A stretch of 64,000 nt of DNA, taken from positions 416,001 through 480,000 of the forward strand of contig CAVTBU010000008.1 of NCBI GenBank assembly GCA_963733035.1, given 5' to 3'. The notes under the pieces were generated by a model. The model did not search any database, was not told the DNA's origin, and worked only from the letters and a program-made list of their open reading frames with translations. This DNA is from Pirellulales bacterium (GTDB taxonomy: Bacteria; Planctomycetota; Planctomycetia; Pirellulales; PALSA-1355). The translations under genes were made by a program, and so were the position numbers. Below are positions 50,466 to 60,925 of this stretch, one piece after another (within the stretch, counting starts at the first letter, position 1; every line of letters begins with the position of its first letter).

Positions 50466-53400
50466 TCAAATCAATCCAATTGTCTTGCGCCCCACCCAAA
50501 ATGCGCCCAGCATCACCACCAAAACCGCCATCACGGCCGGATGGCACCACAGTTGCACGCGCCGCACCGAGGCCGGCGGATCGGGCATGGCGGCCAACGA
50601 CTCTAGCACCTGGTCGAGCCGATTCACGGCAATGACCTTTCCGCGCGTGACACGGGCCAATTCGTCCAACACATCGGGCCGCGCCGCCTGACCAATCCGC
50701 TCGATGGGGGCACCTTGCACGAAGAACGAGGCCTCCAACGTGGCACCCGTCTGCTTGCAAGCCAGTGTCACTTCGTGGCGACCCGACTCTTGCGTGGTAT
50801 AGCGTCCGGAGAAGGCCCCCCACTCGTCTCCAAAGGAACTCAGCCGCACGGTCTGGGCCTTGCCCGACGGAGCGACGACGCGCGCGGTAACGTCCCCCTG
50901 GGGGAGCGGCTCCCCGCTGCGTTCCATGACGTTTGCGTTGAGGGCAACGGTCTGCCGCACCTGGGGCTGTTCGGGCGAGTAGTACATGCGCATGGTTTCT
51001 CCCTTAGCCATGTTGCGCTGGTACGCCATCCAGCGTACCACCTGCCCCCAAAAGCGGTAGTGGTATTTATCCTCCACGCCTTTGCGCCATCGCCAAGCCC
51101 CGTCAGTTCCCATGAACAGCACTTTTCCGGCGCCGAAAGTCCGCGTGACCAATAGCGGTAGGCGGCCAAACTCGTTCGTTATGTCCTGGTGAACGCAGAG
51201 AACTTCGCTGCCCGGTTTGGCACGAACGACCGGCGCGTACCACTGAAACCCCGGCAGACCACCCCAGACCTCGATGTTCTCCCCCTGCGTGTCGGCAAGC
51301 TTGGTGAGCAGGCTGCGACGGCCCAACTCGGTCAATTCAAAATGGCTCGGCATCCGCGATCCCCACCCACCCGGTTGACTTGCATCGAGCACGACCGGCA
51401 GGAGGTCGGCCAGTTCCGAATCGAGCAGTGAGAGCTGCCGGCCTTGCCAGCCGGGCATGAAGACGAGGCCGCTGGCCTGGTGCTCGACCAGCCCGCGCAA
51501 CAGTCGACAGTCCTCGCTCGTTAGCTGGCCGTCTTCCAAGCCGACGTCGCCGAGAAAGACGACGTCGAACTTGGCCAACTCATCCAGCCCACTGGGAAAG
51601 GCCTTGATATAGTCCTTGTTACCTCCGCCAACCTTGCCCAGACCGGGATGAAAGAGCAGGCACGACAAATCGACGCCCGGATCGCGGGACAGGGCATTTC
51701 GCAGGTAGCGATATTCCCAGCGGGGGACCGACTCCACCAGCAGCACTCGCAGCTTTTCCTCGCGAATGGCGATGGGCGCCGAAAGCCGGTTGTTGTCGGC
51801 CAAGAGCTCGTCGCTCTGCTTGGGAACGTCAAGGGTCAACGTGTAGTCGCCAACCTCGGATGGTTTCCACAGAATCCAATCGTTCGTGCGTCCCATCGCG
51901 GCGACGCGTACTTCCTTGGTGAGTTGTTGACCGTCGGAGGCCGTGAGCGTGACATTGGCCAGGTATTCACGGGGCAGGGTGCTATCGATCGTAAAGGGAA
52001 CTCGCACGGCCTTTCCCACGATGCCAAACGTGGGCGAATCCAAACTCAGCAGTTCGACGTCGGGCAATCGCGACGGACTGCCGACCGGCACAACGAATAG
52101 CGGAATGTCTTTCAGTCGCAGCGCCGTCGCGGCCTGCACCGGTGGTTGGCCGGTGTTCCAGTCGCCGTCGGTGGCAAGCACAATGCCACGGAGATTTTTC
52201 AAACGCCTGGGGGCTTGGACCAAGGGCTCATAAAGATTCGTCTCCTTTTTGTCCTCGCCCCCGGAGAACGATTGCACGACCACGTTCATCCGCTCCTCGA
52301 GCGCGTGCCAAAAGGTGCTTTCGATGAGCGGCGCAATGGCCTCCCGGCGGGTTGCAACGGCCGCCGAAGTCGACTCGCCCATGGGAACGTCGCGGGTCTC
52401 CATACTTGCCGAGTCGTCCCACAACACAGCAATCGACGGTTTTTCCTCCGGTCGATATTCCTCAATCCATTCGGGTTGGTTGAACGCGACGGCAATCACA
52501 CAAACCGTGGCAAGCCGCAGCAGTTCCAACACACCATAATCGCGACGGTAGCCGCTGCGCCGCCAAGCCAGAAAGCACAGGGCCGCGGTGCCGCCAATCA
52601 CGGCCAGCGACACCGCGATCGACCACGGCGCCCACAGGAACGTCAAAGAGTGGTTGATCGTCATGCGTTTGCTCCCGCGCCGCGCAACTCGGGGCAGACA
52701 CAAGACGGCCTCCAAAATCAAGGCAATCAACATGGCCAGCAGGAATGCTCGCCAAATTTCCTGGACCAACGATCCCAGGTTGCCCGCCTGGTCCTCGACG
52801 CGAAGGTAATTCAGGTCGCGAAACAGCTCGTCGACGCGAGCGTCAGCCAAAACTGCACCTTCATCTTCCGCCGCAGGACGGTTCACGGCGAGCAATCGGT
52901 CATCCGCTTGATACACGCCGCGCTGGTACGCCGCTTCGGTCGACAGGCGATCGTCCTCCCCGCTTACTCGCTGCCAATTTCCTGGACTCTCATCGGTCTC
53001 TTGTCCGGCATCCAATTGCCGGGCCTTGCCAAGCACGGCCGCCCCGGCGGCAAGTGCACGTTGGACCGCGGCATAGAGCACGATGCCTTCGCGGGCCAGC
53101 GAAGAATCGCGCGGCGCCGGCGTCGTCGTCCACAGATAGATGCCGCCCCGATCGGTCGGCAGGCGGGCCAGCAAAGGCGCACCTCCCTCAAGCGTGATCA
53201 GTGAGGTTAGCTCGCCGGCTAACGTGCAATATCGCAGGACGTTAAGCTGTCCGACTGGCAGCGCGGCTCCGCTCAGGGTACGCGACACGAGGTCGTCGTC
53301 GCCGCGCCACGAACCGACCACGAAGCGGTCGTTTTGCGATTGCCAGGCATCCCAACTCAAACCCCACAGCTTTTCGCTCCCAGGGTTATCCGGCGGAAAG

Positions 53401-54641
53401 AGCATTACCTCTCCTCCCCGACGGACAAAGTTGTCCAAGAGCTCCGCATTCGCTCCGGTCGGAAGCGGCGCCTGCCAGAGCACCAGACCAATCTGGTCCC
53501 AAGCGACCGCGGCGAGTTGATCACGCGAGATCGATTCGGCCGTTGCCAACAGCGTCGGCTCGGGGCTAATGCCAGCCGCCAGCCGCAACGGGACTTCAGC
53601 CTGCTGGTTTTCCGCAACCACGATAGTCCGGCGTGGCGTTGGATTGGCGAATACAAAATAAAACTCGTCGTCTGTCGGGTTTGCATCAGTAGGGATGGCG
53701 ACGCGCCCCCAACCTTGCTGCCGATCGCGCGCGATCGGGATCCGGTGATTCTTAAGGTCGCTGTAGGCGCCGCTGAGCTCAACCGTTGCCACCGAGCGAG
53801 CTCCCTCGATTTCGAATTGGACGGGTACACTCACTTTGTCGGTCGTGTCGCCTTGGCGAGTCACGCGCAACGAGACGAGGAGCTCGGCGCCGTCGCCGGT
53901 TTCCTGGCGGCGAACCTCGGTCACGCGCACGGCCTGGTTGGCCACCGGCGTGCGGGGATAGGCCAACAGATGGAATCGCACGCCTTGCGGCAGCTCGAGA
54001 AACGCGTCGCGAAGCGTCGCCCAGCGCCCGCTCCGCGCGTTCCAATCGTTCTCGCGGAGGTCCGAGCAAATCCAGATTTCCGTGCGACCGGTGCGATTAT
54101 CGCGAATGTAGTCGTATGCCGCCTGCAAGAGCCTCGGCAGGTCGGCAGGCGCACTGGCCGGACCGGCGCTGGCCACGTTTAATAGCGCGGCGGGAGACTC
54201 CAATTCCATCGGCTCGTGCCGGACGCTTTCGATCAACACCCAGCGGCCGGAGCCGAGCGTTTCGAGCGTCCGCACGAGCTGGTTTCGTCCGGTATCGAGC
54301 TTCGACTCATCCGTCCCCGGCGCATGCTGCTGCATGCTGGGCGAACGATCGAGCAGGATGATCGTGGTATCGGCCTGCGTGCCGACCGTCAGGCCCAACC
54401 AGCCGCTGGCCAACGGCCGACTGACGGCAAACACCAAGGTGGCCACTACCACGGTGCGAAACAACAGAATCAGCCATTGTCGCAGTCGTGAGTAACCGCG
54501 TGCCATCCGCTGGGCGGAAAGCAAGAACATCATGGCGGCCCAACGAATCGTTTGAAACCGCCATTGATTGATGAGGTGGATGATGATCGGCAGTGCGATC
54601 AACGGCAGGCCAAGCAACAACCACGGCTGCAGAAAGCTCAT
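50466..54641 (-). CDS. BatA/VWA membrane protein read in frame with a second VWA + GATase-like membrane protein (second unit starts at ATG 52664)
   Basis: MSFLQP..LPIIIHL (BatA N-terminus), DRSPSM MIDAS, and EIWRAFLLAML..LEA TM end. Then MTINHS.., DDSASM..TDG MIDAS, PRWEYRYLRNAL and WRWR..FWGQVVRW. Confidence 0.85.
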   Translation of the reverse strand: MSFLQPWLLLGLPLIALPIIIHLINQWRFQTIRWAAMMFLLSAQRMARGYSRLRQWLILLFRTVVVATLVFAVSRPLASGWLGLTVGTQADTTIILLDRSPSMQQHAPGTDESKLDTGRNQLVRTLETLGSGRWVLIESVRHEPMELESPAALLNVASAGPASAPADLPRLLQAAYDYIRDNRTGRTEIWICSDLRENDWNARSGRWATLRDAFLELPQGVRFHLLAYPRTPVANQAVRVTEVRRQETGDGAELLVSLRVTRQGDTTDKVSVPVQFEIEGARSVATVELSGAYSDLKNHRIPIARDRQQGWGRVAIPTDANPTDDEFYFVFANPTPRRTIVVAENQQAEVPLRLAAGISPEPTLLATAESISRDQLAAVAWDQIGLVLWQAPLPTGANAELLDNFVRRGGEVMLFPPDNPGSEKLWGLSWDAWQSQNDRFVVGSWRGDDDLVSRTLSGAALPVGQLNVLRYCTLAGELTSLITLEGGAPLLARLPTDRGGIYLWTTTPAPRDSSLAREGIVLYAAVQRALAAGAAVLGKARQLDAGQETDESPGNWQRVSGEDDRLSTEAAYQRGVYQADDRLLAVNRPAAEDEGAVLADARVDELFRDLNYLRVEDQAGNLGSLVQEIWRAFLLAMLIALILEAVLCLPRVARRGSKRMTINHSLTFLWAPWSIAVSLAVIGGTAALCFLAWRRSGYRRDYGVLELLRLATVCVIAVAFNQPEWIEEYRPEEKPSIAVLWDDSASMETRDVPMGESTSAAVATRREAIAPLIESTFWHALEERMNVVVQSFSGGEDKKETNLYEPLVQAPRRLKNLRGIVLATDGDWNTGQPPVQAATALRLKDIPLFVVPVGSPSRLPDVELLSLDSPTFGIVGKAVRVPFTIDSTLPREYLANVTLTASDGQQLTKEVRVAAMGRTNDWILWKPSEVGDYTLTLDVPKQSDELLADNNRLSAPIAIREEKLRVLLVESVPRWEYRYLRNALSRDPGVDLSCLLFHPGLGKVGGGNKDYIKAFPSGLDELAKFDVVFLGDVGLEDGQLTSEDCRLLRGLVEHQASGLVFMPGWQGRQLSLLDSELADLLPVVLDASQPGGWGSRMPSHFELTELGRRSLLTKLADTQGENIEVWGGLPGFQWYAPVVRAKPGSEVLCVHQDITNEFGRLPLLVTRTFGAGKVLFMGTDGAWRWRKGVEDKYHYRFWGQVVRWMAYQRNMAKGETMRMYYSPEQPQVRQTVALNANVMERSGEPLPQGDVTARVVAPSGKAQTVRLSSFGDEWGAFSGRYTTQESGRHEVTLACKQTGATLEASFFVQGAPIERIGQAARPDVLDELARVTRGKVIAVNRLDQVLESLAAMPDPPASVRRVQLWCHPAVMAVLVVMLGAFWVGRKTIGLI

Positions 54642-55549
54642 CGCTGTGTCTTCGATTGAGCACGATTGATAAGGAAGCGCATCAGTGCCTGTTCGTAGTT
54701 CTCGTCAAGACAAATCCGGTGATAGTCGACGACCGATTCCAAGACCACGTCTCGCAACTGTTGCAAGTACTGCTGCAGGGCGCGCTGATAGCGGTCGGCG
54801 ATTTCGTTGGGCTCGGCAAAAATCGCCGGGCCTCCTTCCATATCGAGAAACCGCATCGGCCGACGGAATTGAAAGTCCAGCTCCAACGGATCCAACAAGT
54901 GAAACACGGCCACGTCGTGCCGGCAAAACCGCAAATGCTGGAAACAGCTTTTCAACGCCTCGGGTTCAACAAACAGGTCAGAAACGATAATCACCAGCGC
55001 CCGCTGCCGAATGGTTTCAGCCAACTCATGGAGCACCGAAACGAGCTGCGTTTCCCCCTCGGCCCGAACTTCTTCCAGCGTATCAAGAACCAACCGCAGG
55101 TGCGCGGCGTTTCGTCGTGGAGGGAGTTGCTGCACGATTCCCTTGGCAACGCAGGACAATCCGACCGCGTCTCCTTGTTGGCTGGCCAGATAGCCCAGCG
55201 CCGCCACAATCCTCCGGGCGTAGTCCAGCTTCGTGATTCCCGTCGAACCGAAGGCCATCGAACCGCTGGTGTCGAGGACGAAACAGCACCGCAGATTCGT
55301 ATCTGCCTCGAATTCCTTCACGTAGAAACGATCCGATCGACCAAACGCCCGCCAATCCAGCCGTCGCAGATCATCGCCCGGCACATACTTGCGATACTCG
55401 GCAAACTCGACGCTCGAGCCCCGGTGCGGGCTGGAGTGCCGGCCAGAGACGGTTCCTTGCATCGGCCGTCGAGCGAACAGCGGCACGGCCGCCAGTCGTG
55501 ATAGCGCTTCCGCATCAAGAAGAGTACTGGGCTGACTTGCTGGCAACAT
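54638..55549 (-). CDS. DUF58 protein
   Basis: GRHSSPHRGSSVEFAEYRKYVPGDDLRRLDW, VKEFEADTN and LDTSGSM. Confidence 0.95.
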   Translation of the reverse strand: MLPASQPSTLLDAEALSRLAAVPLFARRPMQGTVSGRHSSPHRGSSVEFAEYRKYVPGDDLRRLDWRAFGRSDRFYVKEFEADTNLRCCFVLDTSGSMAFGSTGITKLDYARRIVAALGYLASQQGDAVGLSCVAKGIVQQLPPRRNAAHLRLVLDTLEEVRAEGETQLVSVLHELAETIRQRALVIIVSDLFVEPEALKSCFQHLRFCRHDVAVFHLLDPLELDFQFRRPMRFLDMEGGPAIFAEPNEIADRYQRALQQYLQQLRDVVLESVVDYHRICLDENYEQALMRFLINRAQSKTQR

Positions 55550-55607
55550 GGCACGCGTCCATCCGGAAAACGACGGCGCAACCTGGTTACAGGATCCGCC
55601 GGGGCCT

Positions 55608-56636
55608 CTAACTCTCCTCGTCCATTTCTCCGATCAAGCGCCGCACGATTTGCTTGGCATCGATGCCCTGCGCTTGCGCGGCGAATGCGGTAATGACACG
55701 GTGCGTCAGCACGGGAATGGCCACTTCATGGACATCCTCCAGTCGCACCATGTAACTGCCGTGGAGAGCGGCACGGGCTTTGGCGCCCAATATCAGGAAC
55801 TGCACGGCCCGCGGGCCGGCTCCCCAGGAAACAAGAGGCTTCATCCACGCCGGGGCCGTGGGATCGGCAGGGCGTGTCTTGCGGACCAGTCGTGCGGCAT
55901 ATTGATAGATGTGATCCGGCACGGGCACGCGGCGCACCAGGTCCTGATGTTCGATGATCTCGGCCGCGGTCAAAATGTGGTTCAATTCCGGCAGTGCATC
56001 GCCCGTCGTCGTGCGGGCAATTAAAACCTCCTCCGCTTCCGACGGATAGTCGAGTTCGATCAGGAACATGAAGCGGTCGAGTTGAGCTTCCGGTAGTGGA
56101 TACGTGCCCTCCTGCTCAACTGGATTCTGCGTGGCCAACACGAAGAAGGGGGGCGGCAGGACAAACGTCTTACCAACCACCGTGACCTTCTGCTCCTGCA
56201 TGGCCTGTAGCATGGCGGCCTGCGTTTTCGGAGGCGCTCGATTGATCTCGTCGGCCAGCACAATGTTGGCAAACACGGGGCCATGAACGAATTGAAACTC
56301 GCGGCGTCCGTCGGCCACTTCCTGCAGGATGTCGGTGCCCGTGATATCCATCGGCATCAGGTCGGGCGTGAATTGGATGCGGCTGAAGTCGAGCGACATC
56401 GTTTCGGCGATCTTGCTCACCAGCAGCGTCTTTGCCAAGCCTGGAACGCCCATCAGCAATCCGTGCCCGCGTGCGAACAGGCAGATCGAAAGACGTTCGA
56501 TGACGTCGCGTTGGCCGATAATGACCCGCGACAATTCCTCCCGCAGCTTTCCATAGACTTCGCGCAAGCGGTCAATCGCTTGCACGTCGTTGTCACTGAG
56601 GCTGTGGGGAGCGACCAGATCGGACGCGCGTTGCAT
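55608..56636 (-). CDS. moxR: MoxR-family AAA+ ATPase
   Basis: GVPGLAKT, RIQFTPDLMP, LADEINRAPPKTQAA and ATQNPVEQEGTYPLPEAQLDRF. Confidence 0.96.
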   Translation of the reverse strand: MQRASDLVAPHSLSDNDVQAIDRLREVYGKLREELSRVIIGQRDVIERLSICLFARGHGLLMGVPGLAKTLLVSKIAETMSLDFSRIQFTPDLMPMDITGTDILQEVADGRREFQFVHGPVFANIVLADEINRAPPKTQAAMLQAMQEQKVTVVGKTFVLPPPFFVLATQNPVEQEGTYPLPEAQLDRFMFLIELDYPSEAEEVLIARTTTGDALPELNHILTAAEIIEHQDLVRRVPVPDHIYQYAARLVRKTRPADPTAPAWMKPLVSWGAGPRAVQFLILGAKARAALHGSYMVRLEDVHEVAIPVLTHRVITAFAAQAQGIDAKQIVRRLIGEMDEES

Positions 56637-56896
56637 CGCCGTTCTCCTGTTCCGTCATTCGACCAAGACATCCGATTGCCGAACGTTGAGTCCGGCCGTT
56701 GGCAAGCCCGCGCAATCGCACCCCTTCGCCCGAGCTAACCGTCACTGTCCAGATTGCGTACCCTCCATGATAGGCAATCGCCGTGGCGAAGCAAACAAAT
56801 TAAACCGGTGGTAAAAAAGTTCTCGCTACACGCTTCGGCGATGCATAGGAACCGAGACAATCTACGAGGACAGGAGAATGTCAAGGGAAAGGATCT

Positions 56897-57316
56897 TCAA
56901 CCTACATCATTGGACTTAGGTCGCCAGCCGGGCCCCTGCGGAGGTGCAAACACGAAAGTCACCAACACGAGCGTCCCGAAGACGCTGTAGATGACCATGA
57001 ACACCGTCGGGGACAGTTCGTAGAAAAGCAGTTCGTGTACCCAGTAGCCCATGAAGTCGCCCGGATAGCCAGACTGGCCGGAGCGGCTGCGGAAGTAGTT
57101 CTCCAAGTCGGTCAGCGGGCAGGTAATGTTCAGCCAGGATTGCAAAACGACAACGGCAATGGCGAGCAGATGGAGCCAGCGAAAGTAGAAGTTGCGAGCC
57201 CAACTCCGCTTGCGAGCGACGCCGTACATCACGGCCAACTGTCCGAATATCACAAAGGCCACGTAGGAGCCATGCAGTACCACTATCAGGTCGGCAAGGA
57301 TTTGATAGAGAAACAT
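56897..57316 (-). CDS. DUF2784 family membrane protein
   Basis: ADLIVVLH..FVIFG, FRWLHL and CPLTDLEN..R motifs. Confidence 0.85.
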   Translation of the reverse strand: MFLYQILADLIVVLHGSYVAFVIFGQLAVMYGVARKRSWARNFYFRWLHLLAIAVVVLQSWLNITCPLTDLENYFRSRSGQSGYPGDFMGYWVHELLFYELSPTVFMVIYSVFGTLVLVTFVFAPPQGPGWRPKSNDVG

Positions 57317-57364
57317 CGGCAAAGCGTTCCGACTCTAGCCTGGCTGGCGGCACGATGAGCCTAA

Positions 57365-57622
57365 TCACTTGCCTGCGCCGGGTTGCCGAGCCTCTAGGTA
57401 GTCGACGCAGGCATCCAGAGTCGCGAGTTGCCCATAATCTCGTTCGGGAATGTCAACCTGCAGCCGTTTGTCGAGCGCGATCAGAAAATTCAGAAAGTCC
57501 ATCGAGTCGATGTCGAGTTGATCACGCAAATTTACCTGCGGCTCAATTGACTGTGGGTCAGCCTCTGGCGCGATCTCGCCCAATACGTCCAACACGATGG
57601 CTCGAATCTGGTCGCGGTTCAT
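57365..57622 (-). CDS. Acyl carrier protein
   Basis: 85 aa, acidic, with LDIDSMDFL (phosphopantetheine Ser) and VDIPERDY. ATGA overlap with E2. Confidence 0.9.
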   Translation of the reverse strand: MNRDQIRAIVLDVLGEIAPEADPQSIEPQVNLRDQLDIDSMDFLNFLIALDKRLQVDIPERDYGQLATLDACVDYLEARQPGAGK

Positions 57623-58842
57623 AATTTGTCGGGTTCCTGTAATAGACGATCCACGGCCGCCAGGAATATTCCCCCGCGATGCCCATCGCTCACACGGTGA
57701 TCGCCCGAAAGCGTCACCGTGACCAGCGGTCGAGGCACGACCTGGCCGTCGACACACCACGGTCGCTCGACGATCTTGCCGACGCCAACCATCGCCACTT
57801 GCGGCGGATAGATGACACCGTAGACCGCTTCGACGCCCTGTTCTCCAAGACTGGTAACCGTGATCGTCGGCTCGGATATTTCGCTGGAGCGCAACGATCC
57901 GGCGCGCGTCCGATTCACCAGATCTCGCATCCGCTGCATGAGTTCGACAAGCGTGAGTTGATCGGCGTTGTGCAAAGCTGGCGCGACGAGACCTCCTTGC
58001 CGCAGTGCGATAGCCACTCCCACGTTGACCTGCCGTTTGAGAACGACCTGCTCATTCTCCCAAGTGGCGTTTAGCTCCGGTACCTCGTGCACCGCCAGCG
58101 CCACGGCCTTGAGCATGATCGCGCCATAAAGGATTCGCTCGGCGACAGGGCGCTCGGCGTTCTGCTTCGTTAACCAGTCGAGCGCACGGTGCATGTCGAT
58201 CGTCGTGTTCAGATAATAGTGTGGAATCTCGCGCTTCGAGCGGCTCATCGCCGCGGCGATCGTCCGGCGGATGCGGGCCTGCCGGTCAGCCGCTGGTGAA
58301 GCAGCCTCGTGCGCGGCCGGCGCTTTTACGGAAGTGGATGACGCCGCTGCCTGCTCGATGTCCTCGCGAGTGATCGCGCCGCCGTGTCCGGTGCCGTGAA
58401 CGGTCGAAGGATCGACGCCGAGTTGCCTGGCCAGCCTGCGGGCGGAAGGCGATATGGCCAGCCGCTGGCCGGTATGTGGCGCCGATATCGGAATCGGCGC
58501 GGCGCGGTGACTTAGCACGATTTTTGGCCTGGGGGTCGGCGGCTGGGACGTTTCGCGCGGCGAGGCGACCGGCGGAATTGTCTCGGACAACCTCGGCGCA
58601 GGCTGTCCATCGTCCCGAATAATTGCAAGCACGGTCCCCACCGGGACCTTTTCGCCCGGTTCGATCAAGAACCGTTCGATCGTACCGCCGGCGAACACTT
58701 CCACATCGATGTTGCCCTTTTCGGTTTCTACTTCGGCGATGATGTCGCCGCGCTGCACGACGTCGCCAACCTGTTTTCGCCAACTCGTAAGCGTGCCGGC
58801 ACTCATATCGGCTCCGAGTTTCGGCATCACGAATTCAGCCAT
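57619..58842 (-). CDS. pdhC: 2-oxoacid dehydrogenase E2 (dihydrolipoamide acyltransferase)
   Basis: Lipoyl domain EVETEKG, E3/E1-binding domain [21 protein letters not shown], and catalytic DHRVSDG. Confidence 0.92.
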   Translation of the reverse strand: MAEFVMPKLGADMSAGTLTSWRKQVGDVVQRGDIIAEVETEKGNIDVEVFAGGTIERFLIEPGEKVPVGTVLAIIRDDGQPAPRLSETIPPVASPRETSQPPTPRPKIVLSHRAAPIPISAPHTGQRLAISPSARRLARQLGVDPSTVHGTGHGGAITREDIEQAAASSTSVKAPAAHEAASPAADRQARIRRTIAAAMSRSKREIPHYYLNTTIDMHRALDWLTKQNAERPVAERILYGAIMLKAVALAVHEVPELNATWENEQVVLKRQVNVGVAIALRQGGLVAPALHNADQLTLVELMQRMRDLVNRTRAGSLRSSEISEPTITVTSLGEQGVEAVYGVIYPPQVAMVGVGKIVERPWCVDGQVVPRPLVTVTLSGDHRVSDGHRGGIFLAAVDRLLQEPDKL

Positions 58843-58864
58843 GGCAAGCAATCCTGCGGGAAAA

Positions 58865-59847
58865 TCACTCGTTCCTAGCGCAAAGCTCACGGCACGCGTC
58901 AACGATCGTCGGCACTTGCGGCAATGCGGCGTCTTCCAATTGCTTGGCATACGGCATCGGCACTTCCGCGCTGCAAACGCGGGCAACCGGCGCGTCAAGT
59001 TCGTAAAACGCCTGCTCCATGATTTGAGCGGAGATCTCGGCTGACAGGCTGCCGGTGCGCCAACCTTCATCCACAATCAGCGCCCGATGCGTCTTCGACA
59101 CCGAGGAAATGATCGTTTGGCTATCGAGCGGGCGGAGCGCGCGAAGATCGAGTACCTCGGCTTCGATGCCGAGCTGCGACAGTTGATCGGCGGCGACCAG
59201 TGTTTTGCAAAGCGAGCCGCCATAGGTGATGAGCGTCAAGTCGGTGCCTTCTCGCCGAACGGCCGCTCGGCGAATGTCGGCCAGCGGGGCCTCTTCGTCG
59301 ACTGGTCCCTCCTGAGGGTAAAGCATTGCGTGCTCGAAGATGATGACGGGGTCCGGCTCGCGGAGCGCGGCCAGCAGCATCCCGCGCAGTCCTGGCTCGT
59401 CGCGGGCGCCAAGACGGTCAGCCCGGGAACGTGCGCATACCAGGCTTCGAAACTATGCGAATGCTGCGCCGCCAGTTGCCGGCCGGCACCAGTCGCCATC
59501 CGCACAATGACCGGCACATTGACCTGCCCACCAGACATATGGCGCAACGTCGCGGCGCCGTTGACGATCTGGTCGAGGGCTAACAGGCTGAAGTTGACCG
59601 TCATCACTTCGACGATCGGCCGCATTCCCCCCAGTGCCGCGCCCACGCCCGCCCCGACAAAGGCCGACTCGGAAAGCGGCGTGTCGCGAACCCGTTCGGC
59701 GCCAAATTCCTCGAGTAGACCATGACTACAGGCAAACGCTCCGCCATACCGCCCGACGTCTTCGCCCATCAGGAAAACCCGGTCGTCGCCGCGCAATGCG
59801 TCGCGCAATCCGCTCCGCACCGCCTCACGATAGGTCATCGTCGTCAT
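58865..59847 (-). CDS. pdhB: 2-oxoacid dehydrogenase E1 beta subunit; probable 1-nt deletion near 59387
   Basis: [16 protein letters not shown] and AAQHSHS, then after a frame shift [27 protein letters not shown] and PMPYA. Confidence 0.92.
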
Positions 59848-60925
59848 GGCTGCACCAGTTGCGAAGCTTGCGAGCGGTCGGCAGTAGGCTCACGGCGTCC
59901 GTTGGAAGAATTGCCGCTGCTTGCATCGGCACCCGCTGCCGGCGTGTGGACGTCCTTGAGCAGATCCTCGACCGGCTCGCAGGGACCGGCCTCGGCAGCC
60001 GCAATGGCCTCGGCAATCTGAGCGTCGACGTTCGCCTCCAACTTTCTCTGTTCCGTCTCCGACAGCAACCCAGCGTTTCGCAGTTTGCCGGCAAAGTTTG
60101 CAATTGGGCAGCGTTTCTTCCACTTCTCGACCTCGGCCTTATCGCGATAGAGCTCCGGGTCGTACATCGAATGCGCACGGTAGCGGTAGGTGCGGGCTTC
60201 CAACAGCATCGGCCCGGCGCCGAGCGTACGATTTCGACGGCTCGCGTCGTGGCGGCCTCGACGGCCAAAACATCCATGCCGTCCACCGCTTCGCCTTTCA
60301 TCGCGTACGCCTGAGCTTTTGCCTGGATGTCGGTCTGCGATTGGTGCCGCGCCAGCCCGGTGCCCATCGCGTACAAGTTATTCTCGCAAAAGAACAGCAC
60401 GGGCAGCTTCCACAGGGCAGCCAGATTAAGCGACTCGTGAAACTCTCCTTCATCGACGGCTCCATCGCCAAAAAAGCACGCCGTGACTCGCTGGCGTCCC
60501 TGCAGTTTGTTGGCCAGTGCCAGACCGACCGCCAGTGGTAAGCCGCCGGCAACGATCGCGTTGCCGCCGTAGAAACGCAGGCCAGCGTCGAACAGATGCA
60601 TCGAGCCGCCGCGCCCGCGACTGCAGCCGTTGGCCTTGCCATACATTTCGGCCATTACGCTGGCGGGCGAGATACCACGGGCAATAGCATGGCCATGTTC
60701 ACGGTAGGTCGCCACAATCTCATCGTCTGGAGTCAATGCCCGCATGGCACCGACGGCGACCGCCTCCTCGCCAATGTACAAATGCAGAAAGCCGTGGATT
60801 TTGCCCACCGTATACAGTTCCGCGGCCTTCTCCTCGAAGTGGCGGATCAACAACATTTCACGGAGCAACACGTGAGCGCGTTCACGTGACAGCGAGGCGA
60901 TATCTTCGAGGGTTTTATCAACCAT
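59844..60925 (-). CDS. pdhA: 2-oxoacid dehydrogenase E1 alpha subunit; probable 1-nt deletion near 60222
   Basis: [26 protein letters not shown] motif GDGA..ENN, then after a shift [16 protein letters not shown]. Confidence 0.93.
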
